64,000 nucleotides of DNA from IMG/VR virus record IMGVR_UViG_3300046318_000318. One strand, written 5' to 3'. Of the stretch, positions 9,827 through 18,340 are shown one piece after another. The position numbers and the translations under genes are program-made. Under the pieces are notes generated by a model. It saw nothing but the letters and a program-made list of their open reading frames with translations, had not been told where the DNA came from and ran no database searches. The stretch is from a virus. Its lineage: Duplodnaviria; Caudoviricetes. Every line of letters starts with the position of its first letter. Position 1 is the first letter of the stretch.

Positions 9827-10438
9827 TCACAAAACGCTACCTTGAAGTTCTTTCAGGTAAACAGAATAAATGCCGAGGCTGGATGCTCTGCCGGACGACA
9901 TCATAGAATAGAACTGATCGACGCATTTTTTAGAAAAGTTAAATGCGCCTTTCTTGGTTTGGAGAGTATTGATAATACCCTCGTCGACGATAATGTAAAC
10001 GACGTGAGTGTCTTTTACGAATGTGTAAGTTTTAGACTCTATACCGAAAGCATCTTCAATCTCCACAACAGGCATTCCATCCTGCATTGTGGTTAGTCTA
10101 TTTCTCATGTATAGTTTATTTTCTTCCATACCAACTAAGGGTTGAACGGAATACTCCAGCTCTTTTAATTGCTCTGTGGTGAGATTTTGGAAATGACAAG
10201 ACAGTTTAAATCCATCGAACCAAAACAGATTCTTATTTCTGTATGTGGTGTATAAAGGACTAAAAGCCTCATCGACATAGGCCCAATCTCTCAGATCATT
10301 AAGCGATAGAACACCACGGACTTTACCGTAGTTTCTAAAATCCATAATATCTATTTTATTACGTATCAATATCTGATATATCCATCTGGGGATTGGACAC
10401 ACAACAGATGAATTCAAAAAAGGTATGTCGGTACTCAT
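9827..10438 (-). CDS. Conserved hypothetical protein (phiKZ gp119-like by position)
   Basis: Start moved from the ORF-track 10498 to ATG 10438, which has a GAGGT RBS; lies between helicase and capsid genes. Confidence 0.6.
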   Translation of the reverse strand: MSTDIPFLNSSVVCPIPRWIYQILIRNKIDIMDFRNYGKVRGVLSLNDLRDWAYVDEAFSPLYTTYRNKNLFWFDGFKLSCHFQNLTTEQLKELEYSVQPLVGMEENKLYMRNRLTTMQDGMPVVEIEDAFGIESKTYTFVKDTHVVYIIVDEGIINTLQTKKGAFNFSKKCVDQFYSMMSSGRASSLGIYSVYLKELQGSVL

Positions 10439-10522
10439 GGTTAAACCTCGGTGAAGATTTTTATCAGATAGGGCTATGTTATGTCTCGATCGTACCAAAC
10501 ACTTAAATAAGAAGATAAGTCC

Positions 10523-12061
10523 ATGGATGATAAACTGCTGCTTGCCAAAAGCATTACCCTCTTGTTTCGTGAAAGCCAGCTGAAACAGAAAACAGAAAAC
10601 AGTTCAGATCTGGTCAGAACCGTACTGGAAAGCATCAAGATTATTGACGACGCTTCTACTTTGAATGTAAACACAGACAAAGAAATTATCGTTCGGTTAA
10701 AAACCACAGTCCTTGAGATGTGTGGTTATCCACCAGAACATGAATACGATACCAACGCTCTGATTCAAACCATTAAGCACAACTGCATGTATGACAACAA
10801 TCTGTTTGAAGTCATACAGTCTGGTTTGCAAGACAATATTCCTGAGAGCAATCTGAAGCGCTCTATCGTTAACATCAGGAAGACAATTAATAACTATTTC
10901 AGAGAACGTAAGATCGGTGAAGTACTGAGTAAGTACAGCATGGACTTTCGTTACAAAAGAGATAGTATCAAAGATATCAACGGATATATCGCTGAACTCA
11001 TTAGTCAACTAGAACCTTTACAGCTGAACACAAGCTCTAAAGATCCTGCTGTGATGGGTGAGGTGGATCTGGGTAGCGATGAATCTTTGAGGGAAGTGTT
11101 CTCAGCTATCAAGCAGAATAATGAAGGTACTCGTATCTATAAGACAGGTTGGACTGATCTTAACGATATGTTGCAAGGTGGTATACGCCCAGCTGAGTTT
11201 ATCATAACCCCGGCACTCCAACATAAATACAAGACAGGTTTTAATCTTTCTTTATTTGCCCAAATTGCTAGATTGAACCAACCTAACAATATAGATCCGG
11301 GTAAGAAACCTTTATTGTTGAGGATCTCTTTTGAGGATGAGCTTGTAAACAATCTTCAGTTCTTGTATCAGTATCTTAAGTACAACGAGACAAGAGAATA
11401 CGTAAGTATGAAAGATCTGTCTGTTGAGGAGATGGCGTCTTACGTAAAGAAAGAGTTGCAACAAACTGGTTTCCATGTTAAAATGATGCGAGTGGACCCT
11501 ACTCAGTGGTCTTATCGCAACATCTGTAACAAAGTTATTGAACTGGAAGCCCAGGGTTACAGCATCGAAGGTTTGTTTCTGGATTATTTAGCTATGGTGC
11601 CTACGACAGGATGTATTACATCTGGTCCTATCGGTACAGACATGAGAGATCTGATCAGACGAGTGAGAAACTTTTGCGCTCCTCGCGGTACATTCGTAGT
11701 TACGCCTCATCAACTTTCTCCTGAGGCTAAAGCTTTGGTAAGAGGTGGTGTTGCAGAAGATCAGTTTGTGAAAGAAGTGGCTGAGAAAGGTTATACCTCT
11801 GGAAGCAGGCAGCTAGATCAGGAAGTAGACTTAGAAATCTACATCCATCTGGTTAAACACAATAGAGAGACTTATTTGACAGTACAGCGTGGTAAACATC
11901 GTTTACCTACAGTGATCAACGACGACTATAAGTATTTCATTTTGAAGTTTCCTAAGGGCATGCCTATCCCTGAAGATATCAACGAAATACAACATATTCC
12001 AATTAGAAAGCTTAGGTCAGTAGCTACCAACACAGACGAATCTTTGTTTCTACCTAGCTAA
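10523..12061 (+). CDS. DnaB-like replicative helicase (phiKZ gp118-like)
   Basis: TGWTDLNDMLQGG, variant Walker A ALQHKYKTG, FLDYL Walker B, HQLS and QRGKHR motifs. Confidence 0.88.
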   Translation: MDDKLLLAKSITLLFRESQLKQKTENSSDLVRTVLESIKIIDDASTLNVNTDKEIIVRLKTTVLEMCGYPPEHEYDTNALIQTIKHNCMYDNNLFEVIQSGLQDNIPESNLKRSIVNIRKTINNYFRERKIGEVLSKYSMDFRYKRDSIKDINGYIAELISQLEPLQLNTSSKDPAVMGEVDLGSDESLREVFSAIKQNNEGTRIYKTGWTDLNDMLQGGIRPAEFIITPALQHKYKTGFNLSLFAQIARLNQPNNIDPGKKPLLLRISFEDELVNNLQFLYQYLKYNETREYVSMKDLSVEEMASYVKKELQQTGFHVKMMRVDPTQWSYRNICNKVIELEAQGYSIEGLFLDYLAMVPTTGCITSGPIGTDMRDLIRRVRNFCAPRGTFVVTPHQLSPEAKALVRGGVAEDQFVKEVAEKGYTSGSRQLDQEVDLEIYIHLVKHNRETYLTVQRGKHRLPTVINDDYKYFILKFPKGMPIPEDINEIQHIPIRKLRSVATNTDESLFLPS

Positions 12062-12063
12062 AC

Positions 12064-12108
12064 AAAAAAAAATAACACCCTGGCCTTTTGGGCTGGGGTG
12101 TTATTTTT
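12064..12108. terminator. Bidirectional terminator, repeated family
   Basis: CACCCTGGCCTTTTGGGCTGGGGTG core identical to 57639-57682; T tracts on both strands; sits between convergent genes. Confidence 0.85.
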
Positions 12109-12109
12109 A

Positions 12110-12751
12110 TCAGCAGAGCACAGGCTGCTGAGAAGCTTTGAACTTCTCACGCATAGCTTGTACTCGCTCTTCTAACGACTCCAGAATTTCTGGATGGCCC
12201 AGAAGAGTGTCCGTCATTACCTGACGAATTTCCATCAAAGCGTAATACGCTTGTTGGAAACCAACCACAGATGCTGCGTAAGCATCTGCTTCCAGCTCAA
12301 AACGTTGAACGGATTTTGTTAATCCAGCATTTTCAAGACGGAACATATGCTGGTCTTTGAGATGGCCAAACTCATGTTCCGTGATGAACCTCAGTGTCTC
12401 TTCGGTATAGAGACCTTTCATGGTCAATACCAGATCGACCTTACCGATCGACATGGTCATCCCACCACCGAAATTTTTAACAAGCTCTGTGAGGTTTGTC
12501 ACAAAGACTTTCCCTGTTACAGGATGTCTTACCATAGTGGTCAGCCAATACCAATTTGGCATCTCGACCCACTTCACTTTTCTCCCGTTAGGGAGCTTGG
12601 CGGTCTTGCACCACCAAGTGGTGCAGCAGATGGTCAGGACAAGCCTGACCACTTGACTCTCCTTCAACCGGTCCCCGAACAGGGACCAACCGGTGGTCAA
12701 AGCCACAGCCGTGAAGAAAGTAACGCCAAGTACCAAAGAAAACTGTTCCAT
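12110..12751 (-). CDS. Membrane-anchored zinc metallopeptidase-like protein (M48/HtpX-type zincin)
   Basis: HEFGH (HExxH) plus downstream ELEADAYA; hydrophobic N-terminus. True start is ATG 12751 after TAAGGAG, not 12769. Confidence 0.7.
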   Translation of the reverse strand: MEQFSLVLGVTFFTAVALTTGWSLFGDRLKESQVVRLVLTICCTTWWCKTAKLPNGRKVKWVEMPNWYWLTTMVRHPVTGKVFVTNLTELVKNFGGGMTMSIGKVDLVLTMKGLYTEETLRFITEHEFGHLKDQHMFRLENAGLTKSVQRFELEADAYAASVVGFQQAYYALMEIRQVMTDTLLGHPEILESLEERVQAMREKFKASQQPVLC

Positions 12752-12830
12752 AACTATCTCCTTAGTCACAAGTTCGAAAGATGTTTCGATTAAACTGTAA
12801 CGATAGTCAAGTTAAGTATATGTGACCAAA
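12749..12830 (-). promoter_or_regulatory. Conserved putative early promoter + hairpin leader + RBS, copy B
   Basis: TCACATATA-CTTAAC-TTGA-C-TATCG-TTACA-GTTTAA-[TCGAAA-CATC-TTTCGA]-ACTTGTGAC-TAAGGAGATA-GTT-ATG. Confidence 0.7.
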
Positions 12831-12896
12831 ATACTTTATAAGGATATCTAGTTAACCTGGATATCTTTTGACTATAAACCTTAAGGACTTTACAAT

Positions 12897-13820
12897 ATGA
12901 ACGGTAAACTATATCAAGAAGAACAAAGTACAGCTTCTTCTAATGGTAAAGAGTACGATCTAAATATTCTATTTAAGAGAATTAAGAATAAACAATCTAT
13001 AGACATACCTATTGATAAACTCATATGGGTGTTAGAATATACAGTTATAGACGAACTAAGAGTTAAAAACGCTGATGTCTCAATTCCTATATTGATTTAC
13101 AATGACAAAAAAGATGGATATGTGACTATAGACGGAGCGCACAGACTGACCAAAGCTTTTAGATTAAAGATGAAAGTTATACCTGGTGTGATGTTAAGTG
13201 ATGAGGATATGGAAGCAGCTGAGATAAATAAAAAGAAAATAGCTTTGCTATCCGATAGTAATAATGTTTGGCAAATAGATTTTGGTCCTTCTTACACACC
13301 CAAAGAGATGTTAGAACTGGGTGTTTTTGAAGGTAAGTATGTCAACAACGTGAAAGGCATACCAGCTGACTGGAAGAAAAGTGATAAAGTATTAGGCTCT
13401 GATGATGAACCTGATCCCAGTGTTAATAAGTACGGAGTTAAATCAAGACAACCTTTATCAGTTTGGAAAAAGAACGATTGGATAAAAACAGACCCTAACG
13501 GATGGTTCGCTTGGTACTGTAATTATTATCTAGGTAGAAGACTAGGTGAAGAAGATGAATGGCAGATCAAACGCTGGAGAAGTTTTGTAGCTAGACATCA
13601 GGCTCAGATCAAAGCAGATCCCAAAGGACATCTTAAAGACAGACGCTTAGCTCAAAAGCAAGGTTTGTTACAATGGGCGTGGGATTGGGAACAGAACTTC
13701 ACTGATAAGAACGTAACTATCAACGCTAAAAGAATAGCTAAGTCTGCTGGCGCTAAGCTAGATAAAGAAGAACCAGCTTTAGAAAATATGATTCTGCCTG
13801 CTTTTGCCAGGTGGATTTAA
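12897..13820 (+). CDS. ParB/Srx-like N-terminal domain fused to a conserved domain of unknown function
   Basis: PILI...TIDGAHRLTKA (ParB-like); TPKEMLELGVFEGKY...DPNGWFAWYCNYYLGRR...QIKRW second domain; C-terminal ALE...W. Confidence 0.6.
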   Translation: MNGKLYQEEQSTASSNGKEYDLNILFKRIKNKQSIDIPIDKLIWVLEYTVIDELRVKNADVSIPILIYNDKKDGYVTIDGAHRLTKAFRLKMKVIPGVMLSDEDMEAAEINKKKIALLSDSNNVWQIDFGPSYTPKEMLELGVFEGKYVNNVKGIPADWKKSDKVLGSDDEPDPSVNKYGVKSRQPLSVWKKNDWIKTDPNGWFAWYCNYYLGRRLGEEDEWQIKRWRSFVARHQAQIKADPKGHLKDRRLAQKQGLLQWAWDWEQNFTDKNVTINAKRIAKSAGAKLDKEEPALENMILPAFARWI

Positions 13821-13874
13821 ATATCAAATAGATCATATGCTCTCACCCTTTTCCATAACACGTAAGGTTTACAA

Positions 13875-14399
13875 ATGGCTAACGTTTTAAATTTCTCTAA
13901 AGTAACTGCACTGCCTGTTACTTTCAGTCCTTCCACTCTGTACCTTATTCCAGGTACCCTACCTGATGAGATGCATGTATATGTGTCTGATTCTACCGGT
14001 ACTTCTGTTAAGAAGATAATCGACAGAGATGACATCATCGGTCTGATTAACACCACAGCTCCCGCTGACAACATTGTCGGCATCATTAATTGCTTTGGTT
14101 CTAATGAGGTTGTTGCTACTGGTAATTACGTTGGGTTTTTAAATGCTCATAAAGTCTTTACCTTTGATAAAGTACGTGTGAGTCTTCGCACCCATAGCGC
14201 AGATGCTGATATTAACTTCACTCTTGAATCCAATATGGATCCAGCTTTTGCAGTAGGTACTTTACTAGCAGGTAATAAAACAGCTGAGTTAACAGGTCTT
14301 AACTACACCACGACTCTCAATGAGACTATCACTGTCTCTATAGCAAGCACAACCAATACCACAGGTAAAGGTTTGATAGCTCTTTTGATTAAATCATAA
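13875..14399 (+). CDS. Putative virion fibre/decoration protein
   Basis: N-terminal motif shared with the 30008-30436 and 30496-31080 products; beta-rich C-terminus. Confidence 0.5.
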   Translation: MANVLNFSKVTALPVTFSPSTLYLIPGTLPDEMHVYVSDSTGTSVKKIIDRDDIIGLINTTAPADNIVGIINCFGSNEVVATGNYVGFLNAHKVFTFDKVRVSLRTHSADADINFTLESNMDPAFAVGTLLAGNKTAELTGLNYTTTLNETITVSIASTTNTTGKGLIALLIKS

Positions 14400-14411
14400 T
14401 CAGACATAAAC

Positions 14412-14443
14412 TCCTATCTAGCTCCCTAGGGAGCTAGATAGGA
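14412..14443. repeat. Perfect 32-bp palindrome between convergent genes (terminator-like)
   Basis: TCCTATCTAGCTCCCTAGGGAGCTAGATAGGA equals its own reverse complement. Confidence 0.9.
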
Positions 14444-14455
14444 TTATGCTGTTAT

Positions 14456-14869
14456 TTAAAACGGTGGGTTGCTGTTCTGATGAGCGCGACGCATCAATTC
14501 ACTGAAAGAGATTTTGGCTCCATTCGAAGAACTATCTTGTTTGATAGCTTGACTAACAGGCGTCTGGATCTTGCTAGGTGGTACTTGCACGTATTCAGAA
14601 TCAGGCAATACTTTAGTTTCTTTGACCAAAGTCTTTACCTTGGGTTCTTTACGAGCCAGATCTTTAGCTGTTCGAGTAGGGGCTTTAGTGACCTCTACTT
14701 TAATAGCTTTTTTAGGGACTTTAGCAGCTGCTCCTAGTTTAGCAGCAGCTTTGACCACAGCTTTTTTCACAGCCGCTTTAGCAGCAGCTTTACTGATCTC
14801 ACTGATCATAGCTGCTTCGCTTACTTGTTTCTTAGCAGCTGGTTTAGCAATTTTCTTTGCGGTAGTCAT
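14456..14869 (-). CDS. Lys/Ala-rich histone H1-like basic protein
   Basis: AKKIAKPAAKK and KAAAKAAVKKAVVKAAAK runs in 137 aa. Confidence 0.55.
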   Translation of the reverse strand: MTTAKKIAKPAAKKQVSEAAMISEISKAAAKAAVKKAVVKAAAKLGAAAKVPKKAIKVEVTKAPTRTAKDLARKEPKVKTLVKETKVLPDSEYVQVPPSKIQTPVSQAIKQDSSSNGAKISFSELMRRAHQNSNPPF

Positions 14870-14870
14870 T

Positions 14871-15431
14871 TCATCTTCTCCTATAGGTGATGAAGTTATA
14901 TGTTAATAAGCCCTCACCTGTGAAGATAGGTGTTTGACTTTCCAGTTTAAAAAGATCATGAGGTACGGTAGGTACATAGACCGCATCCGTGAACATGTCT
15001 ACAAGATGTTGATGGTTCTTATAGATTTGTGTCAGATGTATAACATCTGCGTATTTAAATCCTTCATTGACAATCAGATCTCTACCGCCTATGATAAACA
15101 GCTTAGAGTCTTTACCCGTACGAGGGTTATTAGCAGTGAGTTTTAAAGCTTTGAACGCTTTGATGTATTCAACAGGATCACTTACTTTAAAAGTGAGTAA
15201 AGTGTTTACATTTTCATCTATGGGAATATCCCTAGATGTAACTATTGCATTTACACGATCTGGTAGAGATTTACCTATAGAGTCAAAGGTTTTTCTACCC
15301 ATCAAGACAGTTTCAAAAATAGTCATATCTTTGAAACGTTTGAGATCAGCAGATAGTTTCCAAGGGATCTTACCATCGATCCCTATAAGACCATCTACAT
15401 CCCTGGCGTAAATAAGTTCTACTGATGGCAT
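14871..15431 (-). CDS. folA: Dihydrofolate reductase
   Basis: GLIGIDGKIPWKLSADLKRFK, LMGRKTFDSIG, LPDRVN, FIIGG motifs; immediately downstream of thyA. Confidence 0.95.
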   Translation of the reverse strand: MPSVELIYARDVDGLIGIDGKIPWKLSADLKRFKDMTIFETVLMGRKTFDSIGKSLPDRVNAIVTSRDIPIDENVNTLLTFKVSDPVEYIKAFKALKLTANNPRTGKDSKLFIIGGRDLIVNEGFKYADVIHLTQIYKNHQHLVDMFTDAVYVPTVPHDLFKLESQTPIFTGEGLLTYNFITYRRR

Positions 15432-15432
15432 G

Positions 15433-15729
15433 TTAAGTAGCTACCGGGTAAGGTATGTGTGGATGTGGGTCGTATCCTTCCAGTTCAATATCTTCAGATT
15501 TGATCTTAAAGATATCTGTCTCGTCTGTTTTAAAGACAAGTCGTGGAAGAGATCTGGGCTCACGAGAGATTTGTTCATCTACCAAATGCAATTGATCTGT
15601 GTAGATATGTGTATCTCCAGTAGACCAAATGAACTCATTAGGTTCCATATCAACATGTCGGGCAATCAAATGCAACAGCAATGAATACTGAGCTATGTTG
15701 TAAGGGCTCCCTATAGGTGTATCGACTGA
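15433..15729 (-). CDS. thyA: Thymidylate synthase, exon 2
   Basis: SVDTPIGSPYNIAQY, GDTHIY, YPVA motifs; joins exon 1 in frame as QR|SVD after intron removal, giving 381 aa. Confidence 0.92.
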   Translation of the reverse strand, partial: SVDTPIGSPYNIAQYSLLLHLIARHVDMEPNEFIWSTGDTHIYTDQLHLVDEQISREPRSLPRLVFKTDETDIFKIKSEDIELEGYDPHPHIPYPVAT

Positions 15730-16861
15730 CATTAATTAACTTCGGTGTGGTAAAACCAATCTTTGTATTTATCCTTTTTAACCCTGTGTGTCACTAAACC
15801 TTGCGATATTTTGAAATATCTAGAAGCATCAGCACATGAGTTAAAAAGAATTCCACCTGCAAATACCTTACGAGTGTTTGTTGGTGGGATACCTATTCTG
15901 TTTTCCCTAAGTTTTCTTTTTGTTTCTTCAGTATGTTTTCTATTGAAGAAAGAATTCTTAGAACCGGTTCTTAAACGTTGACGTGCTCTGATTTTTTCAA
16001 TTTGTTCTTCAGAAAGTTTACAACCTTTGTTGTAGCTATGACCTTTATGCATTAAAGATATAAGCTTTCTGGTTTCAACTGAATGTTGTCTTCCAAACAT
16101 TCCATTAGCTGAACCATTTTTACCCCAAAGGTTTTTTCTTTCTAAAACAGACATTGACGCTATATTTTTAGCTTGTGTTTTGTTTCTTCTGTCTAATATG
16201 TCATCACGTTTTGGATGATTAGATAAAGAATTGCCAAATTTAGAATTTAAACTTATATTAGCCAGTAGGTTTTTATTCAGACCTGTGTATGACTTTATTA
16301 TAAGCTTTTCCTCTAATTGAAAAGCTTCTTCCCTAGAACTACACGGAATAGAGGAAACTTTATAATCAGTTCCTTCACACCATGCTTCTTGTAAACGCAG
16401 ATTATGGTGATTGTTTCTTTTCAACGACCTAAAATGAGTTCGAAGTCTTTTCTTTAAATTTGACGTACTACCTATATAAAACACACCTGTTTTTGTTAAT
16501 GTGAGTATATAAACACAAAAATCATTACTGTTCATATAGATTCCTCGTTAGGATTACCATATAATGAACACAGCACTGCTTTACATCTCTGTAAAGATAG
16601 ATCATATCACCACCTTCAGCCTTACCTGTTAAGGGTTCCCCGTTTCGAAGCGATTCACATCGGTTCTACGTCTTTCGACTGATCGTTGAACTTTCTCCAG
16701 TTTAAAGGAGCTTAGCTGCTGATTGTCTCTACCTACTAATTTTCAAACACGTTACGTATGTGTTTTCACACTCCGCTTTGGTTTAGTAGTCTAACAAGGG
16801 TTTCCAGCAATTAGAGGAATTTTCAAATAGGTATTTCTACCTATACAGCGCTCAGTTATTA
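15730..16861 (-). mobile_element. Group I self-splicing intron (IA-like) in thyA, 1132 nt
   Basis: P1: exon CAGCGU pairs with intron GCGCUG (U.G at the splice site). P10: ACUGA pairs with exon-2 UCAGU. Core elements AAUUGCUGGAAA, AAUCAGCAG, GAUCA/UGAUC (P7), UUCCUC/GGGGAA (P3). Terminal G at 15730. Confidence 0.92.
15732..16535 (-). CDS. Intron-encoded GIY-YIG homing endonuclease (I-TevI/I-BmoI-like)
   Basis: CVYILT...FYIGSTSNLKKR catalytic motif; NUMOD3-like repeats (RQHSVETRKLIS, RKHTEETKRKL); C-terminal HTH-like segment; GAGGA RBS. Confidence 0.92.
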   Translation of the reverse strand: MNSNDFCVYILTLTKTGVFYIGSTSNLKKRLRTHFRSLKRNNHHNLRLQEAWCEGTDYKVSSIPCSSREEAFQLEEKLIIKSYTGLNKNLLANISLNSKFGNSLSNHPKRDDILDRRNKTQAKNIASMSVLERKNLWGKNGSANGMFGRQHSVETRKLISLMHKGHSYNKGCKLSEEQIEKIRARQRLRTGSKNSFFNRKHTEETKRKLRENRIGIPPTNTRKVFAGGILFNSCADASRYFKISQGLVTHRVKKDKYKDWFYHTEVN

Positions 16862-17710
16862 ACGCTGGAACATAAGTAGGTTCAAACGCTTCTTACCACC
16901 TTCATTGAGAGCAGGTTGTACAAAGCATTGGAACATAACATGGCATGGTGCCAAAGCACCCATACCCAACAATACATTCAGATCAGGAGAAATCTTATTG
17001 TCAGGAATGAATTGTGGTAACCATGAGCTTACCACAAGACGTGAAGAATAAGGATTGTTTTTCAGTTCAGCCAGAAGAATACCTAATTGATCTACCTTAG
17101 AGACATAAGTCTTCTGAATGAAATCAGTCTCTGTGACGGGATCTGTTCCATCATCTTCTGCTTCTTTATAAGCAAGATATTCTTTATAAGCTTCTTTAAA
17201 AGCTTCTACTTTATCAGAAGGAATATCTTCGATAGGTGGTTTGTTTCTGAGAAGTTGGTGAATGTTACTCATCTCATCAGCAGGGGCATGGCGCCAGTTA
17301 AAGCCGTACAAAGGACCGATAGATCCGATACGCTCACTGATCTGTTCACGAAGTTTAGCCATGAGCATTTCATTACCGGCCATACTCTGACGATCTTCTT
17401 CTGATTCAAACTTAGACAAGAAATATTCCATGAACTTATCCACTGTTTTTTCAGTGACAGCCCAGTTATCCCAGATATGCACATTTGCTTCATTCAGCAA
17501 AGTGTTATCAATCTCACCAGCGATAAACCAAAGCAATTCTTCTTTCATACCTCGAAAGAAGATCTTACGAGTAGTGACCAAAGGAAAACCATCACTCATG
17601 TTGAATCGGACTTGTCTACCGAAGATAGATCGACGACCTACGCCGGTACGATCGGGATGATCATGTCCATTGTCACGGATATCCTTGAGGAGTTCTATAT
17701 AAGTCTTCAT
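16862..17710 (-). CDS. thyA: Thymidylate synthase, exon 1
   Basis: DRTGVG, FPLVTTRK, ELLWFIAG, GPLYG, LAPCH (catalytic Cys); ends at MFQR followed by the intronic TAA. Confidence 0.93.
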
Positions 17711-17716
17711 GGTGGT

Positions 17717-18040
17717 TTATATGTTTTTAAAGATGATGTAAGAACCAAGACTGATGATTATCCAAGACAACAACATCAGCCAATAAATCATTTTCTCTCT
17801 TTGGTCTAACAGATAGCTTATGTCATCTTTAAGATCCAAAAGCTGATTAAGATCAGCAAGTTGAGATTCAATTTCAACGATGTCTGATGTCAGAGCATCT
17901 ATTTTCTTGTAACTCTGATTGATTCTTGTGTCTATACGTTTGCTATCTTTACCAATAGCAGCTTTAAGACCAGCCATAGATCTCTGCAGAGATGTTACAT
18001 CTACACCCACGTCAGCTTTATAACGATGATGTCTGGACAT
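17717..18040 (-). CDS. Small coiled-coil protein with C-terminal transmembrane helix
   Basis: Heptad-like Leu/Ile pattern then IYWLMLLSWIIISLGSYIIF. Confidence 0.65.
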   Translation of the reverse strand: MSRHHRYKADVGVDVTSLQRSMAGLKAAIGKDSKRIDTRINQSYKKIDALTSDIVEIESQLADLNQLLDLKDDISYLLDQREKMIYWLMLLSWIIISLGSYIIFKNI

Positions 18041-18042
18041 AG

Positions 18043-18330
18043 TTAGTTAAAGTAAAGATTGACGACAAGAGCTGCAAAAATAGAACTTGTTATCGCCAGT
18101 GCAATAAGCATTCTTCTGACATTATCCAGCTGTTCCTGAAGAGCGTAGACGCTATTGCCCAATGATTCTAGTTTGAGGTTGGTACCTGCTTCAACAGTCG
18201 ACGCGTTGGTTTGGAGAATTATCAGCTTCGACTCCAGGTCTGTGATAGCTTTATTCAATTCTTCTTTACTAGCTGCTAAAGGTTTAGTTGTGGTGTTGCC
18301 GTTTGCTTCTTCAATAATGAGGTTTTCCAT
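18043..18330 (-). CDS. Small coiled-coil protein with C-terminal transmembrane helix
   Basis: Heptad pattern then MLIALAITSSIFAALVVNLYF; AAGGA RBS. Confidence 0.65.
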   Translation of the reverse strand: MENLIIEEANGNTTTKPLAASKEELNKAITDLESKLIILQTNASTVEAGTNLKLESLGNSVYALQEQLDNVRRMLIALAITSSIFAALVVNLYFN

Positions 18331-18340
18331 GATTGTTTCC

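Noticed and set aside
12752-12769. ORF-track N-terminal extensions (also at 10498, 20148, 44334, 55847, 55895, 60532)
   Set aside because: Better RBS or translational coupling supports downstream ATGs; extensions overlap RBS, promoters or neighbouring genes.
15433-17710. thyA as a pseudogene or as two independent genes
   Set aside because: The interruption has full group I intron pairings and restores an in-frame QRS motif on splicing.
17717-18330. Spanin assignment for the two membrane proteins near the lysis genes
   Set aside because: TM helices are C-terminal and there is no lipobox, unlike i-spanin/o-spanin pairs.
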